64,000 bases of DNA from Alphaproteobacteria bacterium. Its GTDB lineage: Bacteria > Pseudomonadota > Alphaproteobacteria > JAAXGF01. Both the position numbers and the translations under genes were made by a program. Below, in pieces: positions 51,040-64,000 of the stretch. Within the stretch, counting starts at the first letter, position 1. Every line of letters starts with the position of its first letter. The notes beneath the pieces were generated by a model. The model ran no database searches, was not told the DNA's origin, and worked only from the letters and a program-made list of their open reading frames with translations. The DNA is taken from contig CAUVXB020000002.1 of assembly GCA_963555825.3 (NCBI GenBank), positions 1,920,001-1,984,000 of the forward strand, written 5' to 3'.

Positions 51040-52257
51040 TCAGTCCTCGTAGCGCTTGAACACCAGAGAGGCATTGGTGCCGCCGAAACCGAAGCTGTTC
51101 GACATCACCTGGTCGAGGCGAACACCGTCGCGGCGCTCGGTCACGATCGGCACGCCTTCCGCCTCGGGATCGAGAGTCTCGATATTGGCCGAGGCGCTGA
51201 TGAAACCGTGCTTCATCATCAACAGCGAATAGATCGCCTCATGCACCCCGGTGGCGCCCTGGCTATGGCCGGTCAGCGACTTGGTCGAGCTAATCGGCGG
51301 GGTGTCGTCGCCGAAGACACCCTTGATCGCTTCCAGCTCGCGGGTGTCGCCCACTGGCGTCGAGGTGCCGTGGGCGTTGATATAGTCGATCTGTCCGTCG
51401 GTCGTGGCCATGGCCATGCGCATGCAGCGCACGGCGCCTTCGCCCGAAGGCTGCACCATGTCGAAGCCATCCGAGGTGGCGCCGTAGCCGGCTAGTTCAG
51501 CGTAGATTTTCGCGCCACGCGCAAGCGCGTGTTCGAGCTCCTCGAGCACCAGCACGCCGCCGCCGCCGGCGATGACGAAGCCGTCGCGGTTGGCGTCATA
51601 GGGCCGCGAGGCACGCTCCGGCGTGTCGTTGTAGTTCGACGAAAGGGCCGGCATGGCGTCGAAAAGCAGGGTCAGGGTCCAGTGCAGCTCCTCGCCGCCG
51701 CCGGCGAACATGACGTCCTGCTTGCCCCATTGAATGAGTTCGCCGGCGTTGCCGATGCAATGGGCGCTGGTCGAACAGGCCGAGCTGATGGAATAGCTCG
51801 ACCCCTTGATCTTGAACGGCGTCGCCAGGGTCGCCGAGTTGGTGCTCGACATCACCTTGGGCACCATGAACGGCCCGACCCGCTTGGCGTTCTTTTCGCG
51901 CAAGGTGTCGGTCGACAACAACAGGTTCTTGGTCGAGGTGCCGCCCGAGCCCATGACCATGCCGGTGCGCTCGTTGGAAACCTGATCGTCGGTCAGGCCT
52001 GCGTCCTCGATGGCCTGTTTCATGGCGAGGTAGTTATAGGCCGCGCCGTCACCCATGAAACGCCGGAGCTTGCGGTCGATGGCGTCATCGAGATCGACTT
52101 TGAGCGAGCCGTGGACCTGGCTGCGGAAGCCGTGATCCTTGTATTCCTGGCAGAATTCGATGCCCGAGCGCCCCTCGCGCAGCGACGCGGCCACTTCGTC
52201 GAGGTCGTTTCCGATCGGGCTGATCACGCCCATTCCCGTTATGACGACCCGTCTCAC
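51040..52257 (-). CDS. fabB: Beta-ketoacyl-ACP synthase I
   Basis: [33 protein letters not shown] and [12 protein letters not shown] overlap with the upstream gene. Confidence 0.95.
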   Translation of the reverse strand: MRRVVITGMGVISPIGNDLDEVAASLREGRSGIEFCQEYKDHGFRSQVHGSLKVDLDDAIDRKLRRFMGDGAAYNYLAMKQAIEDAGLTDDQVSNERTGMVMGSGGTSTKNLLLSTDTLREKNAKRVGPFMVPKVMSSTNSATLATPFKIKGSSYSISSACSTSAHCIGNAGELIQWGKQDVMFAGGGEELHWTLTLLFDAMPALSSNYNDTPERASRPYDANRDGFVIAGGGGVLVLEELEHALARGAKIYAELAGYGATSDGFDMVQPSGEGAVRCMRMAMATTDGQIDYINAHGTSTPVGDTRELEAIKGVFGDDTPPISSTKSLTGHSQGATGVHEAIYSLLMMKHGFISASANIETLDPEAEGVPIVTERRDGVRLDQVMSNSFGFGGTNASLVFKRYED

Positions 52258-53933
52258 GTCGTTTCTCCCTTCGCATCGTCGGCTGCGGCAAACAGCCCGA
52301 CCCTGAGGTCGCGGGCTTCGTAAATCGGCCGGCCGTCGACTTCCATCATAGCGTCGGCAATACCAAGAACCAATTTTCGCTGTATGACGCGTTTCAGATC
52401 GACATGGTAGCGGATCGTGGTCGCCGTCGGCAGTACCTGTCCGGTCAGCTTGACCTCGCCGACGCCGAGCGCGCGACCGCGGCCCGGGCTGCCGCGCCAG
52501 CCGAGATAGAATCCGAGCAGCTGCCACAGCGCGTCGAGACCGAGGCAACCCGGCATCACCGGGTCGCTCTCGAAGTGGCATTCGAAGAACCACAGGTCGG
52601 GCCGCACGTCGAGTTCGGCGACGATGTCGCCCTTGCCGTGGCTGCCGCCGTCCTCGGTGATCCTGGCGATGCGGTCGAACATCAGCATCGGCGGCAAGGG
52701 CAGGCGCGCGTTGCCGGGGCCGAACAGATCGCCATGCGCGCATTCGAGCAGCTCGTCATACGTGTAGCTGCCCTTCTTCTTTGCCACGTTGATGGTCGCC
52801 GGCGTCACCGGCTCGGTGACCACCTCGTTGATCCGCTCGATCATCGCCTCGCCGCTCTCACGCGCCTGAGCGACGGTCCGCTCGAGCGCCTTTGCGATGC
52901 GTTCGATCGCGTGTTCGCCGCTCTCGCGCGCCTGCTGCATGGCGCCGTCGAGCGCCGTGGCGATGCGCGGCAGATCGGCCTCGATCACGGTGCGCAGCGC
53001 CGCCACGCCGGTCTCCTTGGTTGGCGATCCGTCGGCCGGCGGGTCGGCCTCGACCGCAGGCGCGGCTTCGGCCGGCGGCGCGGCCTCGACCGGCGATGCG
53101 GTCGCGTCATCAAACTGCGTCGGCTTGCCGTCGATCGCCTTCATGCCGACGATGTTGTAGCCGCAATCGACGTGGTGGGTCTCTCCGGTCACCGCCCCCG
53201 AAAGGCCGCTCAACAGATAGACCGCCGAGTTGCCGACCTCGTCGAGTTCGACGCTGCGCCGGAGCGGCGCATTGTCCTGGCTCCATTTGTAGATGTAGCG
53301 CGCGCTCGAGATGCCCGATCCGGCCAGTGTGCGCATCGGGCCCGCCGACAGCGCGTTGACCCGGATGCCGTCGCGCCCGAGGTCGGCGGCGAGATAGCGC
53401 ACACTGGCCTCGAGCGCCGCCTTGGCGACGCCCATCACGTTGTATTGGGGCATGACGCGCTCGGCGCCGGCGTAGGTCAGGGTAAGCACGCTGCCGCCGT
53501 GGTTGATCATCGGCGCGGCGCGCTTGACGACGGCGGTGAACGAGAAGCAGGAGATGTCCATCGTCTGCTTGAAGTTTTCGGGCGTCGTGTTGAGGTATTG
53601 GCCCTTGAGCTCTTCCTTGTCTGAATAGGCGATGGCGTGAACGACGAAATCGAAGCTGCCCCAGGCCTCGCCCAAAGCGGCGAAGACGTCGTCGACGCTC
53701 TGCTTGTCGGCGACGTCGCAGGGCAGCACGATGGTCGAGCCGACCTGCTCGGCGAGCGGCGCGACGCGCTTCAGGAAGGTCTCGTTCTGATAGGTGAAGG
53801 CGAGTTCGGCGCCTTCGCGGCCGAGGCACCGGGCGATGCCCCAGGCGATCGAACGATCGTTCGCGACGCCCATGATCAGGCCCCGCTTGCCGGCCATCAA
53901 CCCTGTCGCACCGCTCACTGCCTGGTCGCTCAT
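52254..53933 (-). CDS. FabI (enoyl-ACP reductase)-linker-FabA (dehydratase/isomerase) fusion protein, 559 aa
   Basis: [11 protein letters not shown]...[12 protein letters not shown]...HHVDCG, a ~125-aa linker, then [12 protein letters not shown]...[18 protein letters not shown], all in one frame. Confidence 0.9.
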   Translation of the reverse strand: MSDQAVSGATGLMAGKRGLIMGVANDRSIAWGIARCLGREGAELAFTYQNETFLKRVAPLAEQVGSTIVLPCDVADKQSVDDVFAALGEAWGSFDFVVHAIAYSDKEELKGQYLNTTPENFKQTMDISCFSFTAVVKRAAPMINHGGSVLTLTYAGAERVMPQYNVMGVAKAALEASVRYLAADLGRDGIRVNALSAGPMRTLAGSGISSARYIYKWSQDNAPLRRSVELDEVGNSAVYLLSGLSGAVTGETHHVDCGYNIVGMKAIDGKPTQFDDATASPVEAAPPAEAAPAVEADPPADGSPTKETGVAALRTVIEADLPRIATALDGAMQQARESGEHAIERIAKALERTVAQARESGEAMIERINEVVTEPVTPATINVAKKKGSYTYDELLECAHGDLFGPGNARLPLPPMLMFDRIARITEDGGSHGKGDIVAELDVRPDLWFFECHFESDPVMPGCLGLDALWQLLGFYLGWRGSPGRGRALGVGEVKLTGQVLPTATTIRYHVDLKRVIQRKLVLGIADAMMEVDGRPIYEARDLRVGLFAAADDAKGETT

Positions 53934-54015
53934 CGAATAATTGCCCGGTTTCCCCATGCGGCCGTTGCGCCGTCGAGGCTATAACGTTCGGCCGGCGAAA
54001 GGAAGCGCCGGCAGA

Positions 54016-54804
54016 TCACGTGCCGAGGCCCGCCGCTGGGTCCGATGCGTCATCGGCGTCGCCGTGGCCATGGGCGCGCGCCGCGGCGAGCACGGCGCCG
54101 GGATCGTCACTGACGATCGAGGCGACGCCCCAGTCCAACAACTCGACCGCGCGCCACGGCTCGTTCACCGTGAACGCCATGACCGTGACGCCGGCCTCGC
54201 CGAGCGTGGCGACGTTGCGGCGCGTCAGTTGGCGGTGCAGGCACACGAAGACGTGGCAGTCGAGCGCCTCGAGCCGGGCGCGCCAGTCGCCCGGCAGGGT
54301 GCGGCTGAGCAGGCCGATCGGAAAGGCCGGCGCGACGGCGCGCGCGGCGATCAGGCTTTCCGGCGAGAAGCTGGTGATCAACGGCGTTGCGCGATCGGTC
54401 GGCCAGCGCGCCGCGAGCGCCGCCCCGACCGCGCGCCCGGTCTCGGATTCGCGGCCCGGGCAGGCCTTGATCTCTATGTCGGCGGCGAGGTCGAGCGCGA
54501 ACAGCGTATCGAGCGCCGCATCGAGGCTGGGCACGCGCTCGCCAGTGAAGCGCGTATCGAACCACGCGCCGGCGTCGAGCCGGGCGATGGCGTCGAAACG
54601 CGTCGCCGCGATCCGGCCGCGGCCGTCGGTGGTGCGCTCCAGCGTCTCATCGTGAAAGACGATGCAGCGACCGTCGGCGCTCAGCTTGGTGTCGAACTCG
54701 ACGCAACGGGCGCCGAGCTCGGCAGCCAAGCGCAGGCCGGCGAGCGTATTCTCGGGCGCCAGCGCCGCGGCGCCCCGGTGGCCGATGACCTTCGGTAACC
54801 GCAT
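54016..54804 (-). CDS. Glycerophosphodiester phosphodiesterase (UgpQ-like)
   Basis: IGHRGA...PENTL, VEFD, HDETLERTT and IEIK. Confidence 0.92.
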   Translation of the reverse strand: MRLPKVIGHRGAAALAPENTLAGLRLAAELGARCVEFDTKLSADGRCIVFHDETLERTTDGRGRIAATRFDAIARLDAGAWFDTRFTGERVPSLDAALDTLFALDLAADIEIKACPGRESETGRAVGAALAARWPTDRATPLITSFSPESLIAARAVAPAFPIGLLSRTLPGDWRARLEALDCHVFVCLHRQLTRRNVATLGEAGVTVMAFTVNEPWRAVELLDWGVASIVSDDPGAVLAAARAHGHGDADDASDPAAGLGT

Positions 54805-54854
54805 CGCGCGGCGCGCCGTCGTGGCGCGTCCCGACCGCCGGCCTGGCGTGACCG

Positions 54855-56996
54855 CTAGCCGGCAGTCTGTTCGGCCTTCGCTTCGCGCGGCTCGGGCGCG
54901 ATTTCCAGGCCGGTCTCCTGGTCGACCGATTTCAGGCTGAGACGCACCTTGCCGCGGTCGTCGATGGCCAACACCTTGACCTTGACCATGTCGCCCTCGT
55001 TGACGACGTCGGTCACCGTGTTGACGCGGCGCGGCGCGAGCTCCGAGATGTGGACCAGGCCGTCGCGGTTGCCGATGAAGTTCACGAAGGCGCCGAAATC
55101 GACGACCTTGACCACCTTGCCCGAGTAGATGACGCCGATCTCGGGCTCGGCGACGATGTCGTGGATCTTGTCGATCGCCGCCTGCACCGCCGCCGCATCG
55201 GACGCCGCCACCTTGACGGTGCCGTCGTCTTCGATGTCGATCTTGGTGCCGGTCGTCTCGCACAGCTCGCGGATCACCTTGCCGCCGGTCCCGATGACCT
55301 CGCGGATCTTGTCCTTCGGGATGTGAATCGTGGTGATGCGCGGGGCGTGCTCGCTGACCACGTCGCGCGCCGTCGACAGGCCCTTCTGCATCTCGCCCAG
55401 GATGTGCATGCGGCCGTCACGCGCCTGATCGAGCGCGATACGCATGATTTCCTCGGTGATCGAGGTGATCTTGATGTCCATCTGCAGCGAGGTGATGCCC
55501 TGATCGGTGCCGGCCACCTTGAAGTCCATGTCGCCGAGGTGGTCCTCGTCGCCCAGGATGTCGGACAGAACGGCGAACTTGTCGCCCTCCTTGATCAGCC
55601 CCATGGCGATGCCGGCGACCGAGCGCGGCAGCGGCACGCCCGAGTCCATCAGCGCGAGCGACGAGCCGCACACCGAGGCCATCGACGACGAGCCATTCGA
55701 TTCGGTGATCTCGGAGATGATCCGGATGGTGTAGGGGAAATCCTCCTTGCTGGGCATCAATGGGCGCAACGCGCGCCACGCCAGCTTGCCGTGACCGATT
55801 TCGCGCCGGCCCGGCGGCCGCATGAACGAGGCCTCGCCGACCGAATAGGGCGGGAAGTTGTAGTGCAGCATGAAATGCTCGCGGTACTCGCCCTCGAGGA
55901 CGTCCATGATCTGCTCGTCCTGGCCGGTGCCCAGTGTCGCGCTGACCAGCGCCTGGGTCTCGCCGCGCGTGAACAGCGCGCTACCGTGGGTGCGCGGCAG
56001 GACGCCGACCTCGACCGAGATCGGCCGCACGGTCTTCAGGTCGCGGCCGTCGATACGCTGGCCGGTCTCGAGCACGCTGCCGCGCACGATGTCCTTCTCG
56101 AGCGACTTGAACAGGCCGCCGAGGAGTGCCGCATCGAAGCCCTCGCTCTCCATCGTCCCGGCGACGTCCCGCTTGACGGCGGCGAGCTTCTCGACGCGCG
56201 CCTGCTTGACGACTTCGCCATAGGCATCGCGCAGGCCCGCCTCGGCGAGCTCGGCGAGACGCGCCGCCGCGGGCGCCTTGGCCTCGTCCTCGCCCGGCAC
56301 GGCCCAAGGCTCCTTGGCGCATTTCTCGGCGAGCAGGATGATGCCGTCGATGACCACCTGCATCTCGCGGTGGCCAAAGGTCACGGCGCCGAGCATGATG
56401 TCCTCGGACAATTCTCTGGCCTCCGATTCGACCATCAGCACGCCGTCCTGGGTGCCCGCGACGACGAGGTCGAGGACGCTGTCGACGCGCTGGTCGGCAG
56501 TCGGGTTAAGCACGTACTGACCGTCGATGTAGCCGACGCGTGCGCCGCCGATGGGGCCGAGGAACGGCAGGCCCGAGAGCGTCAGCGCGGCCGACGCGCC
56601 GACCATCGCGACCATGTCGGGGTCGTTCTCGAGGTCGTGCGACAGCACCGTGCAGACGACCTGGGTCTCGTTCTTGAAGCCCTTGGCGAAGAGCGGCCGG
56701 ATGGGCCGGTCGATGAGGCGCGAGACGAGCGTTTCCTTCTCGCCCGGGCGCCCCTCGCGCTTGAAGAAGCCGCCCGGGATCTTGCCCGCGGCCGAGGCCT
56801 TCTCCTGGTAGTTGATGGTGAGCGGGAAAAAGTCGAGGCCGACCCGTGGCTCGCGCTGCGCGACCGCGGTGCACAGCACCACCGTCTCGCCATAGCTCGC
56901 CAGGACGGCGCCGTCGGCCTGGCGCGCGATGCGCCCGGTCTCGAGCGTCAGCGTCCGCCCGCCCCATGAAATTTCCTGTTTGTAGACGTCAAACAT
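54855..56996 (-). CDS. pnp: Polyribonucleotide nucleotidyltransferase
   Basis: [33 protein letters not shown], plus KH and S1 domains. Confidence 0.98.
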   Translation of the reverse strand: MFDVYKQEISWGGRTLTLETGRIARQADGAVLASYGETVVLCTAVAQREPRVGLDFFPLTINYQEKASAAGKIPGGFFKREGRPGEKETLVSRLIDRPIRPLFAKGFKNETQVVCTVLSHDLENDPDMVAMVGASAALTLSGLPFLGPIGGARVGYIDGQYVLNPTADQRVDSVLDLVVAGTQDGVLMVESEARELSEDIMLGAVTFGHREMQVVIDGIILLAEKCAKEPWAVPGEDEAKAPAAARLAELAEAGLRDAYGEVVKQARVEKLAAVKRDVAGTMESEGFDAALLGGLFKSLEKDIVRGSVLETGQRIDGRDLKTVRPISVEVGVLPRTHGSALFTRGETQALVSATLGTGQDEQIMDVLEGEYREHFMLHYNFPPYSVGEASFMRPPGRREIGHGKLAWRALRPLMPSKEDFPYTIRIISEITESNGSSSMASVCGSSLALMDSGVPLPRSVAGIAMGLIKEGDKFAVLSDILGDEDHLGDMDFKVAGTDQGITSLQMDIKITSITEEIMRIALDQARDGRMHILGEMQKGLSTARDVVSEHAPRITTIHIPKDKIREVIGTGGKVIRELCETTGTKIDIEDDGTVKVAASDAAAVQAAIDKIHDIVAEPEIGVIYSGKVVKVVDFGAFVNFIGNRDGLVHISELAPRRVNTVTDVVNEGDMVKVKVLAIDDRGKVRLSLKSVDQETGLEIAPEPREAKAEQTAG

Positions 56997-57182
56997 GTTC
57001 TATCCCTTCCTTCCGTCGGCGCGGACCACCTATGGCCCCGCCGCTATCTGCAAAAGTTGTGCGCCGACGCACGCGCCGAACGGCGTGCCGGTCCCATGAC
57101 CGAGCGATCTACCGTCTCGACGGCGCGTAGCTGTGGCGCGAAAAATGCGGCAGGGACGCGACAGTGCGCCCCCGTCCGGTTG

Positions 57183-57452
57183 TCATCGGCGCAGACCCAA
57201 GCGTTGAATCAAAGTCTTGTACCGCTCGTGGTCCTTGCGATCGACGTAGTCCAAAAGCCGGCGGCGCCGGCTCACCAGCATCAGCAACCCGCGGCGCGAA
57301 TGCTTGTCCTTGTGGTGGGACTTGAAGTGGCCAGTCAGATTAGCGATACGCTCGCTCAAGATCGCGACTTGCACTTCGGGCGAGCCTGTATCGCCATCCT
57401 TGATGGCGTATTCCGAAATGAGCGCAGCCTTGCGCTCGGACGTAATCGACAT
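57183..57452 (-). CDS. rpsO: 30S ribosomal protein S15
   Basis: [10 protein letters not shown] and [10 protein letters not shown]. Confidence 0.98.
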   Translation of the reverse strand: MSITSERKAALISEYAIKDGDTGSPEVQVAILSERIANLTGHFKSHHKDKHSRRGLLMLVSRRRRLLDYVDRKDHERYKTLIQRLGLRR

Positions 57453-57466
57453 CGTTCCTATCCATC

Positions 57467-58363
57467 CTAGATGTTGAAAACACGAACCGGGTGCACGTTC
57501 TCACCCCTGACCTCGGCCAACGCCACCAATCGATCTCCGACGGCGACGCGGACCAATCCGGGGGGGCTTTGGGGCACGTGCACGGCCTGTCCGCTTTTCA
57601 AGCGTTCGGCCTGATTTTCGGTTACGGCCAGCGCCGGGATGTCGGCCAGCGCGGTCTCTACCGGATGCACATGTTCGAACGGCGCGGCACTATGCCCCAG
57701 CGCCGCCAGTTTATCTAGCGAAATCGCATCCGCCTCGTCGAATTTTCCGACCGCCGTTCGGCGCAGTTTCACGACGTGACCGACAGTGCCGAGACGGCGC
57801 GCAAGGTCGCGCGCAAGGGCGCGCACATAGGTCCCCTTGCCGCAGCGCATTTCGAAGTCGGCGTGATCGCGATCGACAACCGCTGTCAACTCGAGGCGGT
57901 CGACGAACACCGGCCGCGCCGCGAGCGCTGCGGGCGTGCCCCGGCGCGCCAGATCATAGGCCCGTTTGCCGTCGACCTTGATCGCCGCATAGGACGGCGG
58001 CACCTGCGCGATCTCGCCGGTGAAACCGGCCAGCGCGGTGCGGATCGCCGCCGCGTCGGGCCGCGTGTCGCTGGTTTCGGTGATCGCGCCCTCGGCGTCG
58101 TCGGTGTCGCGCGCCTCGCCCCAGCGCACGGTGAAGCGATAGGTTTTCAGGCTGTCCATGGCATAGGCGACGGTCTTGGTCGCCTCGCCCAGCGCCATCG
58201 GCAGGACGCCGGTCGCCATCGGGTCGAGGGTACCGGCGTGGCCGACCTTGGCGGCGTCGGTGATGCGCCGAACCCGGGCGACGGCCGCCGCCGACGTCAT
58301 GCCGGCCGGCTTGTCGATGACCAACCAGCCGTTAATCGGCGTGCCGCGCCGCTTACGCGCCAT
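57467..58363 (-). CDS. truB: tRNA pseudouridine(55) synthase
   Basis: [16 protein letters not shown] and [13 protein letters not shown]. Confidence 0.97.
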   Translation of the reverse strand: MARKRRGTPINGWLVIDKPAGMTSAAAVARVRRITDAAKVGHAGTLDPMATGVLPMALGEATKTVAYAMDSLKTYRFTVRWGEARDTDDAEGAITETSDTRPDAAAIRTALAGFTGEIAQVPPSYAAIKVDGKRAYDLARRGTPAALAARPVFVDRLELTAVVDRDHADFEMRCGKGTYVRALARDLARRLGTVGHVVKLRRTAVGKFDEADAISLDKLAALGHSAAPFEHVHPVETALADIPALAVTENQAERLKSGQAVHVPQSPPGLVRVAVGDRLVALAEVRGENVHPVRVFNI

Positions 58364-58754
58364 CGTCGTCGCCCGTCGTGCCGCGCGCGTCGCCGGTGCC
58401 GCGCAGCAGGGTCTCGATGCGGATGGCGCGGTCGAAACTGGTATCGACTTCGAAGCCGAATTGCGGCGCGAACTTGAGGTGCACCATGCGGGCCACCTGG
58501 GAGCGGATATGGGGTGCCGCGCGGCGCAGGCCGCCGAGCACCGTCGCCGGGTCGCCGCCGCCGAGTGGCACGATATACGCCGTCGCGTTGCGCAGGTTGG
58601 GGCTGACGCGCACCTCGGTCACAGTCACCGGCGCGCCCTGCACGTCGGGGTCGTGCAGCGCGCCGCTCGAGAATAGTTCGGCGAGCGCGTGGCGCAGCGC
58701 CTCGCCAACCCGTAACTGGCGCTGGCTGGGTTCCCTGCCGGTTGACCTGGGCAT
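58353..58754 (-). CDS. rbfA: Ribosome-binding factor A
   Basis: SQRQLRVGE, VTVTEVRVSP.LR.A and DTSFD. Confidence 0.95.
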   Translation of the reverse strand: MPRSTGREPSQRQLRVGEALRHALAELFSSGALHDPDVQGAPVTVTEVRVSPNLRNATAYIVPLGGGDPATVLGGLRRAAPHIRSQVARMVHLKFAPQFGFEVDTSFDRAIRIETLLRGTGDARGTTGDDDGA

Positions 58755-58769
58755 ATCGACCCCTCGCTT

Positions 58770-58875
58770 CTAGCCCGGCGTTCTCGCCATGGACAGGCGC
58801 GTCATCGCGTCGGGCGACCCGCCCGGCGCGGCCCACGGGGCGGCGGATTCGTCCATGGCGAGAATTCCGGTCTGG
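58770..58875. repeat. Short copy D of the CTAG-bounded repeat family, between infB and rbfA
   Basis: CTAGCCCGGCGTTCTCGCCATGGA...TCCATGGCGAGAATTCCGG. Interior matches the reverse complement of 41476-41522. Confidence 0.75.
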
Positions 58876-58888
58876 GTCCGTCAGCGGG

Positions 58889-61495
58889 CTATAACGTGCG
58901 CGCGATCTCCTCGATCTCGACCGCCTCGATGATGTCGCCGACGCGGAGGTCCTGGTAGTTCTCGAACGACATACCGCATTCGAGCCCTTCCTTGACCTCG
59001 CGGGCGTCGTCCTTGAAGCGCTTGAGCGTCGACAGCTTGCCCTCGTGGATCACCGTGTCGTCGCGCAGCAGACGCACCTTGGCGGCACGCCGGATGATGC
59101 CGTCGGTAACCCGGCAGCCGGCGATCTTGCCGACCTTGGTGATGTCGAACACCTCGAGCACCTGGGCGTTGCCGACGATGCTCTCGCGCAGCGTCGGCGC
59201 CAGCATGCCCGAGAGCGCCGCCTTGATGTCGTTGATGATGTCGTAGATGACCGAGTAGTAGCGAATCTCGATGCCATCGCGGCGCGCGTGCTCGCGCGCC
59301 TGGGCGTTGGCGCGCACGTTGAAGCCGATGATCAGCGCCTTCGACGCCATGGCCAGCGTGATGTCGGATTCGTTGATGCCGCCGACGCCGAGATGCAGCA
59401 CGCGCGCGGCGACCTCGTCGGTGGCGAGCTTCTCGAGACTGGCGTTGATCGCCTCGGCCGAGCCCTGGACGTCGGCCTTGATCACGACCGGCAGCTCGTT
59501 GGCCTCGCCGGCGGCGATGTCGGCGAACATCTGCTCGAGGCTGCCGCGCACGCCGGCCGCGTTGCGCAGATCGCGCAGCTGGTCCTGACGGTAGTCGACG
59601 ACCTCGCGGGCACGCTGTTCGTTGTCGACCGCGTTGACCTCGTCGCCTGCCAGCGGCACGCCGCTCAGACCCAGAATCTCAACCGGCGCCGACGGTCCGG
59701 CCACCTCGACGCTGTGGCCCCGTTCGTCGACCATTGCGCGGACGCGCGCCCATTCGCTGCCCGCGACGACGATGTCGCCGATGTTGAGCGTGCCGCGCTG
59801 TACCAGGACGGTCGCCACCGGGCCGCGACCGCGATCGAGCTTGGCCTCGATGACGATGCCCTCGGCCGGCCGATCGGGATTGGCGCCCAAATCGAGGATC
59901 TCGGCCTGCAGCAGGATGGCCTCCACGAGCTTGTCGAGGTTAAGTTTTTCGAGCGCCGAGACCTCGACCGACAGCACGTCGCCGCCCAATTCCTCGACGA
60001 ACACCTCGTGTTGCAACAGATCGTTGCGCACGGTGTCGGGCGCCGCATCGGGCCGGTCGATCTTGTTGATCGCGACGATGATCGGCGCCTTGGCCGCCTT
60101 GGCGTGGTTGATCGCCTCGATGGTCTGCGGCATGACGCCGTCGTCGGCCGCGACGACCAGGACGACGATGTCGGTCACGCCGGCGCCGCGCGCGCGCATG
60201 GCGGAGAACGCCGCGTGACCGGGCGTATCGATGAAGGTGACGCGCGCACCCGAGGCGAGTTCGACCTGATAGGCGCCGATGTGCTGGGTGATGCCGCCGG
60301 CCTCGCCGCTTACCACGTCGGTTGAGCGCAGCGCGTCCAAGAGCGACGTCTTGCCGTGATCGACATGGCCCATCACGGTGACCACCGGCGGGCGCGACAC
60401 GATCGTTTCCTCGCTGTCGGCCTCGCCCTTGAGGCCGAGTTCAACGTCAGCCGCGCTGACCCGCTTGATCTTATGGCCGAACTCCTCGACCAGCAGCTGG
60501 GCGGTATCGACGTCGATCGCCTGATTGATCGTCGACATGGTGCCCATATTCATGAGCGCCTTGACGACCTCGGCGCCGCGCACCGCCATGCGGTTGGCCA
60601 GCTCCTGCACGGTAATGGTCTCGGGTACGACGACTTCGCGCACTACCTTGACCGGCTCGCCTTGCTGGCCCGGCGGCGTGCCGCGCTTTACCTTCTCGCG
60701 CTCGCGCGCCCGGCGCACGGATGCCAGGCTTCGGACGCGATCCTCCTCGACGAGCGCCTGACTCATGGTCAGTTTGCCGGCACGCCGGCGGGGCTGCCCG
60801 CGTCGCGTCGCGAGTGACGATCGACGCGGCACATCGCCGCCCTTGCCGCGACGGCCGGGACCCTTCTTGCCGTCCTCTTCGAGCTCGAGCTTGCCGCGGG
60901 TGTGCGCGCCGGGCGACACCGAGGCCGCCGGCTTGCCCGGCGCGGCGGCCGCAGCGGCCGCCGCGGCCTTGGCGAGGTCTACCTCCTCCTCGGCCTTGCG
61001 CTGCGCCTCTTGTTCGGCTTTCTGCTGCTCCGCCTCTTCCGCGATCTTGCGCCGCGCCTCATCCTCGGCCCGACGTTCGGCTTCCTCGACGGCCCGTTCG
61101 TGCGCGACCTGGTCGACCTTGCGCGCCGTCTCGAGCGCGCGCACGCGGGTTTGCTTTTCCTCGTTGGTCAGCGTCTTCAGGATGGCGGGACGCTGCTCTT
61201 CGTCGGCCGCTTCCTCGACAACGGGCGCCTCGTCGACGGCCCCGGCGGGCAGCGCCGCCGCCGCCTCGACCTCGGCCGGTGTCGGCGCCTTGACCTCGGC
61301 CATGCGACCGCTCTTGCCAGGCGCGAAGGTCCGCTTGCGGCGCACCTCGACGGTGACCACTTTGGAGCGGCCATGCGAAAAGCTCTGGCGGACCTGCCCG
61401 GTCTCGACTGTCTTATGCAGCTCGAGCCGACCGGGTCGCTGGATGCTCAGCTGGACCTTTTCGCTCTTGCCGTCTTTTTCGTTGGTTTCGGACAT
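58889..61495 (-). CDS. infB: Translation initiation factor IF-2
   Basis: [20 protein letters not shown] and NKID. Confidence 0.98.
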   Translation of the reverse strand: MSETNEKDGKSEKVQLSIQRPGRLELHKTVETGQVRQSFSHGRSKVVTVEVRRKRTFAPGKSGRMAEVKAPTPAEVEAAAALPAGAVDEAPVVEEAADEEQRPAILKTLTNEEKQTRVRALETARKVDQVAHERAVEEAERRAEDEARRKIAEEAEQQKAEQEAQRKAEEEVDLAKAAAAAAAAAPGKPAASVSPGAHTRGKLELEEDGKKGPGRRGKGGDVPRRSSLATRRGQPRRRAGKLTMSQALVEEDRVRSLASVRRAREREKVKRGTPPGQQGEPVKVVREVVVPETITVQELANRMAVRGAEVVKALMNMGTMSTINQAIDVDTAQLLVEEFGHKIKRVSAADVELGLKGEADSEETIVSRPPVVTVMGHVDHGKTSLLDALRSTDVVSGEAGGITQHIGAYQVELASGARVTFIDTPGHAAFSAMRARGAGVTDIVVLVVAADDGVMPQTIEAINHAKAAKAPIIVAINKIDRPDAAPDTVRNDLLQHEVFVEELGGDVLSVEVSALEKLNLDKLVEAILLQAEILDLGANPDRPAEGIVIEAKLDRGRGPVATVLVQRGTLNIGDIVVAGSEWARVRAMVDERGHSVEVAGPSAPVEILGLSGVPLAGDEVNAVDNEQRAREVVDYRQDQLRDLRNAAGVRGSLEQMFADIAAGEANELPVVIKADVQGSAEAINASLEKLATDEVAARVLHLGVGGINESDITLAMASKALIIGFNVRANAQAREHARRDGIEIRYYSVIYDIINDIKAALSGMLAPTLRESIVGNAQVLEVFDITKVGKIAGCRVTDGIIRRAAKVRLLRDDTVIHEGKLSTLKRFKDDAREVKEGLECGMSFENYQDLRVGDIIEAVEIEEIARTL

Positions 61496-61501
61496 AACCC
61501 T

Positions 61502-62146
61502 CTAACCGCAATTCACGATATGCTCGTCGCCGCTCGCGCGGCGAAATCCGGCGAGCCGCGCCGTCTCTATGACGAACCGCTTCGCCACGCCGCTCTTCTT
61601 CAGGGCCGCGTAAACCACCCTCTCGCGACCCAGCGCGCCGGCCAACTCATCCGCCGTAAACAGCGTCACGAGCGGAACGTCGCGACCGACCGCGATCAAC
61701 TTCCGCCGTCCGTCGTCGGCGCCGTCCGCGGCCGCGACCAGAACCGCGGCCGCGCCGGACTGCAAGAGCGCGCGAACCCTCTCGAAACCGGCGGTCGCCG
61801 CGCCACCGCGGCGCGCCAGACCGAGAAAATCGAGGCAGCGGCGCGCGAGCAACCGCTCCACCTGGTCGGCCAGATCGGGCGCGTCCACGGCCGTGATCCG
61901 CAATCCCCTGGCAATCAGGTTCTTCGACGACGCCGTATTTACCACATCCCGCTCGGCACTCAACCACAAACCCCGACCAGGCAACGTGCCGGCCACGTCA
62001 GGCACGACAGCGCCGTCTGGTCCGGCGACGAAGCGCAACAGCGTCGCGCGATCGGCATCGCGCCGGGTGACGAAGCACCGGCGGGTGCGCGCAGCGGTCC
62101 CTACGGGGCTGTTTTCGACGACGATCTCAGTTGCTTGCGCGACCAT
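61502..62146 (-). CDS. YlxR/DUF448-L7Ae RNA-binding protein
   Basis: RRCFVTR, LLRFV.GPDG and LPGRGLW. Located between nusA and infB. Confidence 0.9.
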   Translation of the reverse strand: MVAQATEIVVENSPVGTAARTRRCFVTRRDADRATLLRFVAGPDGAVVPDVAGTLPGRGLWLSAERDVVNTASSKNLIARGLRITAVDAPDLADQVERLLARRCLDFLGLARRGGAATAGFERVRALLQSGAAAVLVAAADGADDGRRKLIAVGRDVPLVTLFTADELAGALGRERVVYAALKKSGVAKRFVIETARLAGFRRASGDEHIVNCG

Positions 62147-62168
62147 GGCAGAGGGCTCCCATCGTCAC

Positions 62169-63791
<1,623 letters not shown>

Positions 63792-63797
63792 CTTGAT

Positions 63798-64000
63798 CTA
63801 TTCGCTTCCTTGTTGTGTGCTCGCCGCGATCAGCTCGTCGGTCAACACAAGCTTCGCGGCGGCGACGTCGTCGAGCGCAATCTCAGCCTCGCCATCACCG
63901 ACGGCGATCACTACCGCGCCGTCACGGACCCCGAGCAGCCGGCCGCGATACCGCTTGCGGCCGTCGACTGCTTGGCGCAACTCGATCTTCACCTCGTGGC
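63798..64000 (-). CDS. rimP: Ribosome maturation factor RimP, 5' end outside window
   Basis: DGRKRYRGRL...AKLVLTDELI. Upstream of nusA. Confidence 0.92.
   Translation of the reverse strand, partial: HEVKIELRQAVDGRKRYRGRLLGVRDGAVVIAVGDGEAEIALDDVAAAKLVLTDELIAASTQQGSE

Overview
High-GC alphaproteobacterial chromosome segment (chvI/chvG-pckA, polA, irr, fabB, rimP-nusA-infB-rbfA-truB-rpsO-pnp), with a formaldehyde/glutathione cluster at the left end. Signs of recent decay are frequent: six IS insertions with intact target duplications, two nonsense mutations, a deletion chimera and an in-frame tandem duplication. The best candidate for an undescribed system is a lower-GC two-gene operon at about 22.1-31.45 kb, hidden under five IS elements. 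Removing each IS and one copy of its target duplication restores two complete, ATGA-coupled frames: a ~631-aa SAMHD1-like HD phosphohydrolase and a 265-aa ImmA/IrrE (HExxH) metallopeptidase, a possible nucleotide-depletion defence or toxin-regulator module. Other notable items: (1) a 3.7-kb IS66-type element with a very long coiled-coil transposase and a coupled DUF4338/DruA-like passenger gene; (2) a single-ORF FabI-linker-FabA fusion; (3) a CTAG-bounded repeat/MITE family, including a 543-bp extensively self-complementary copy; (4) a GFA-like gene flanked by a duplication of the frmA 3' end; (5) a G21 tract just before pckA; (6) katG coupled to irr, next to a rubrerythrin with altered ligands. 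No rRNA, tRNA or CRISPR array was seen. All family assignments come from motif recognition, not database searches.
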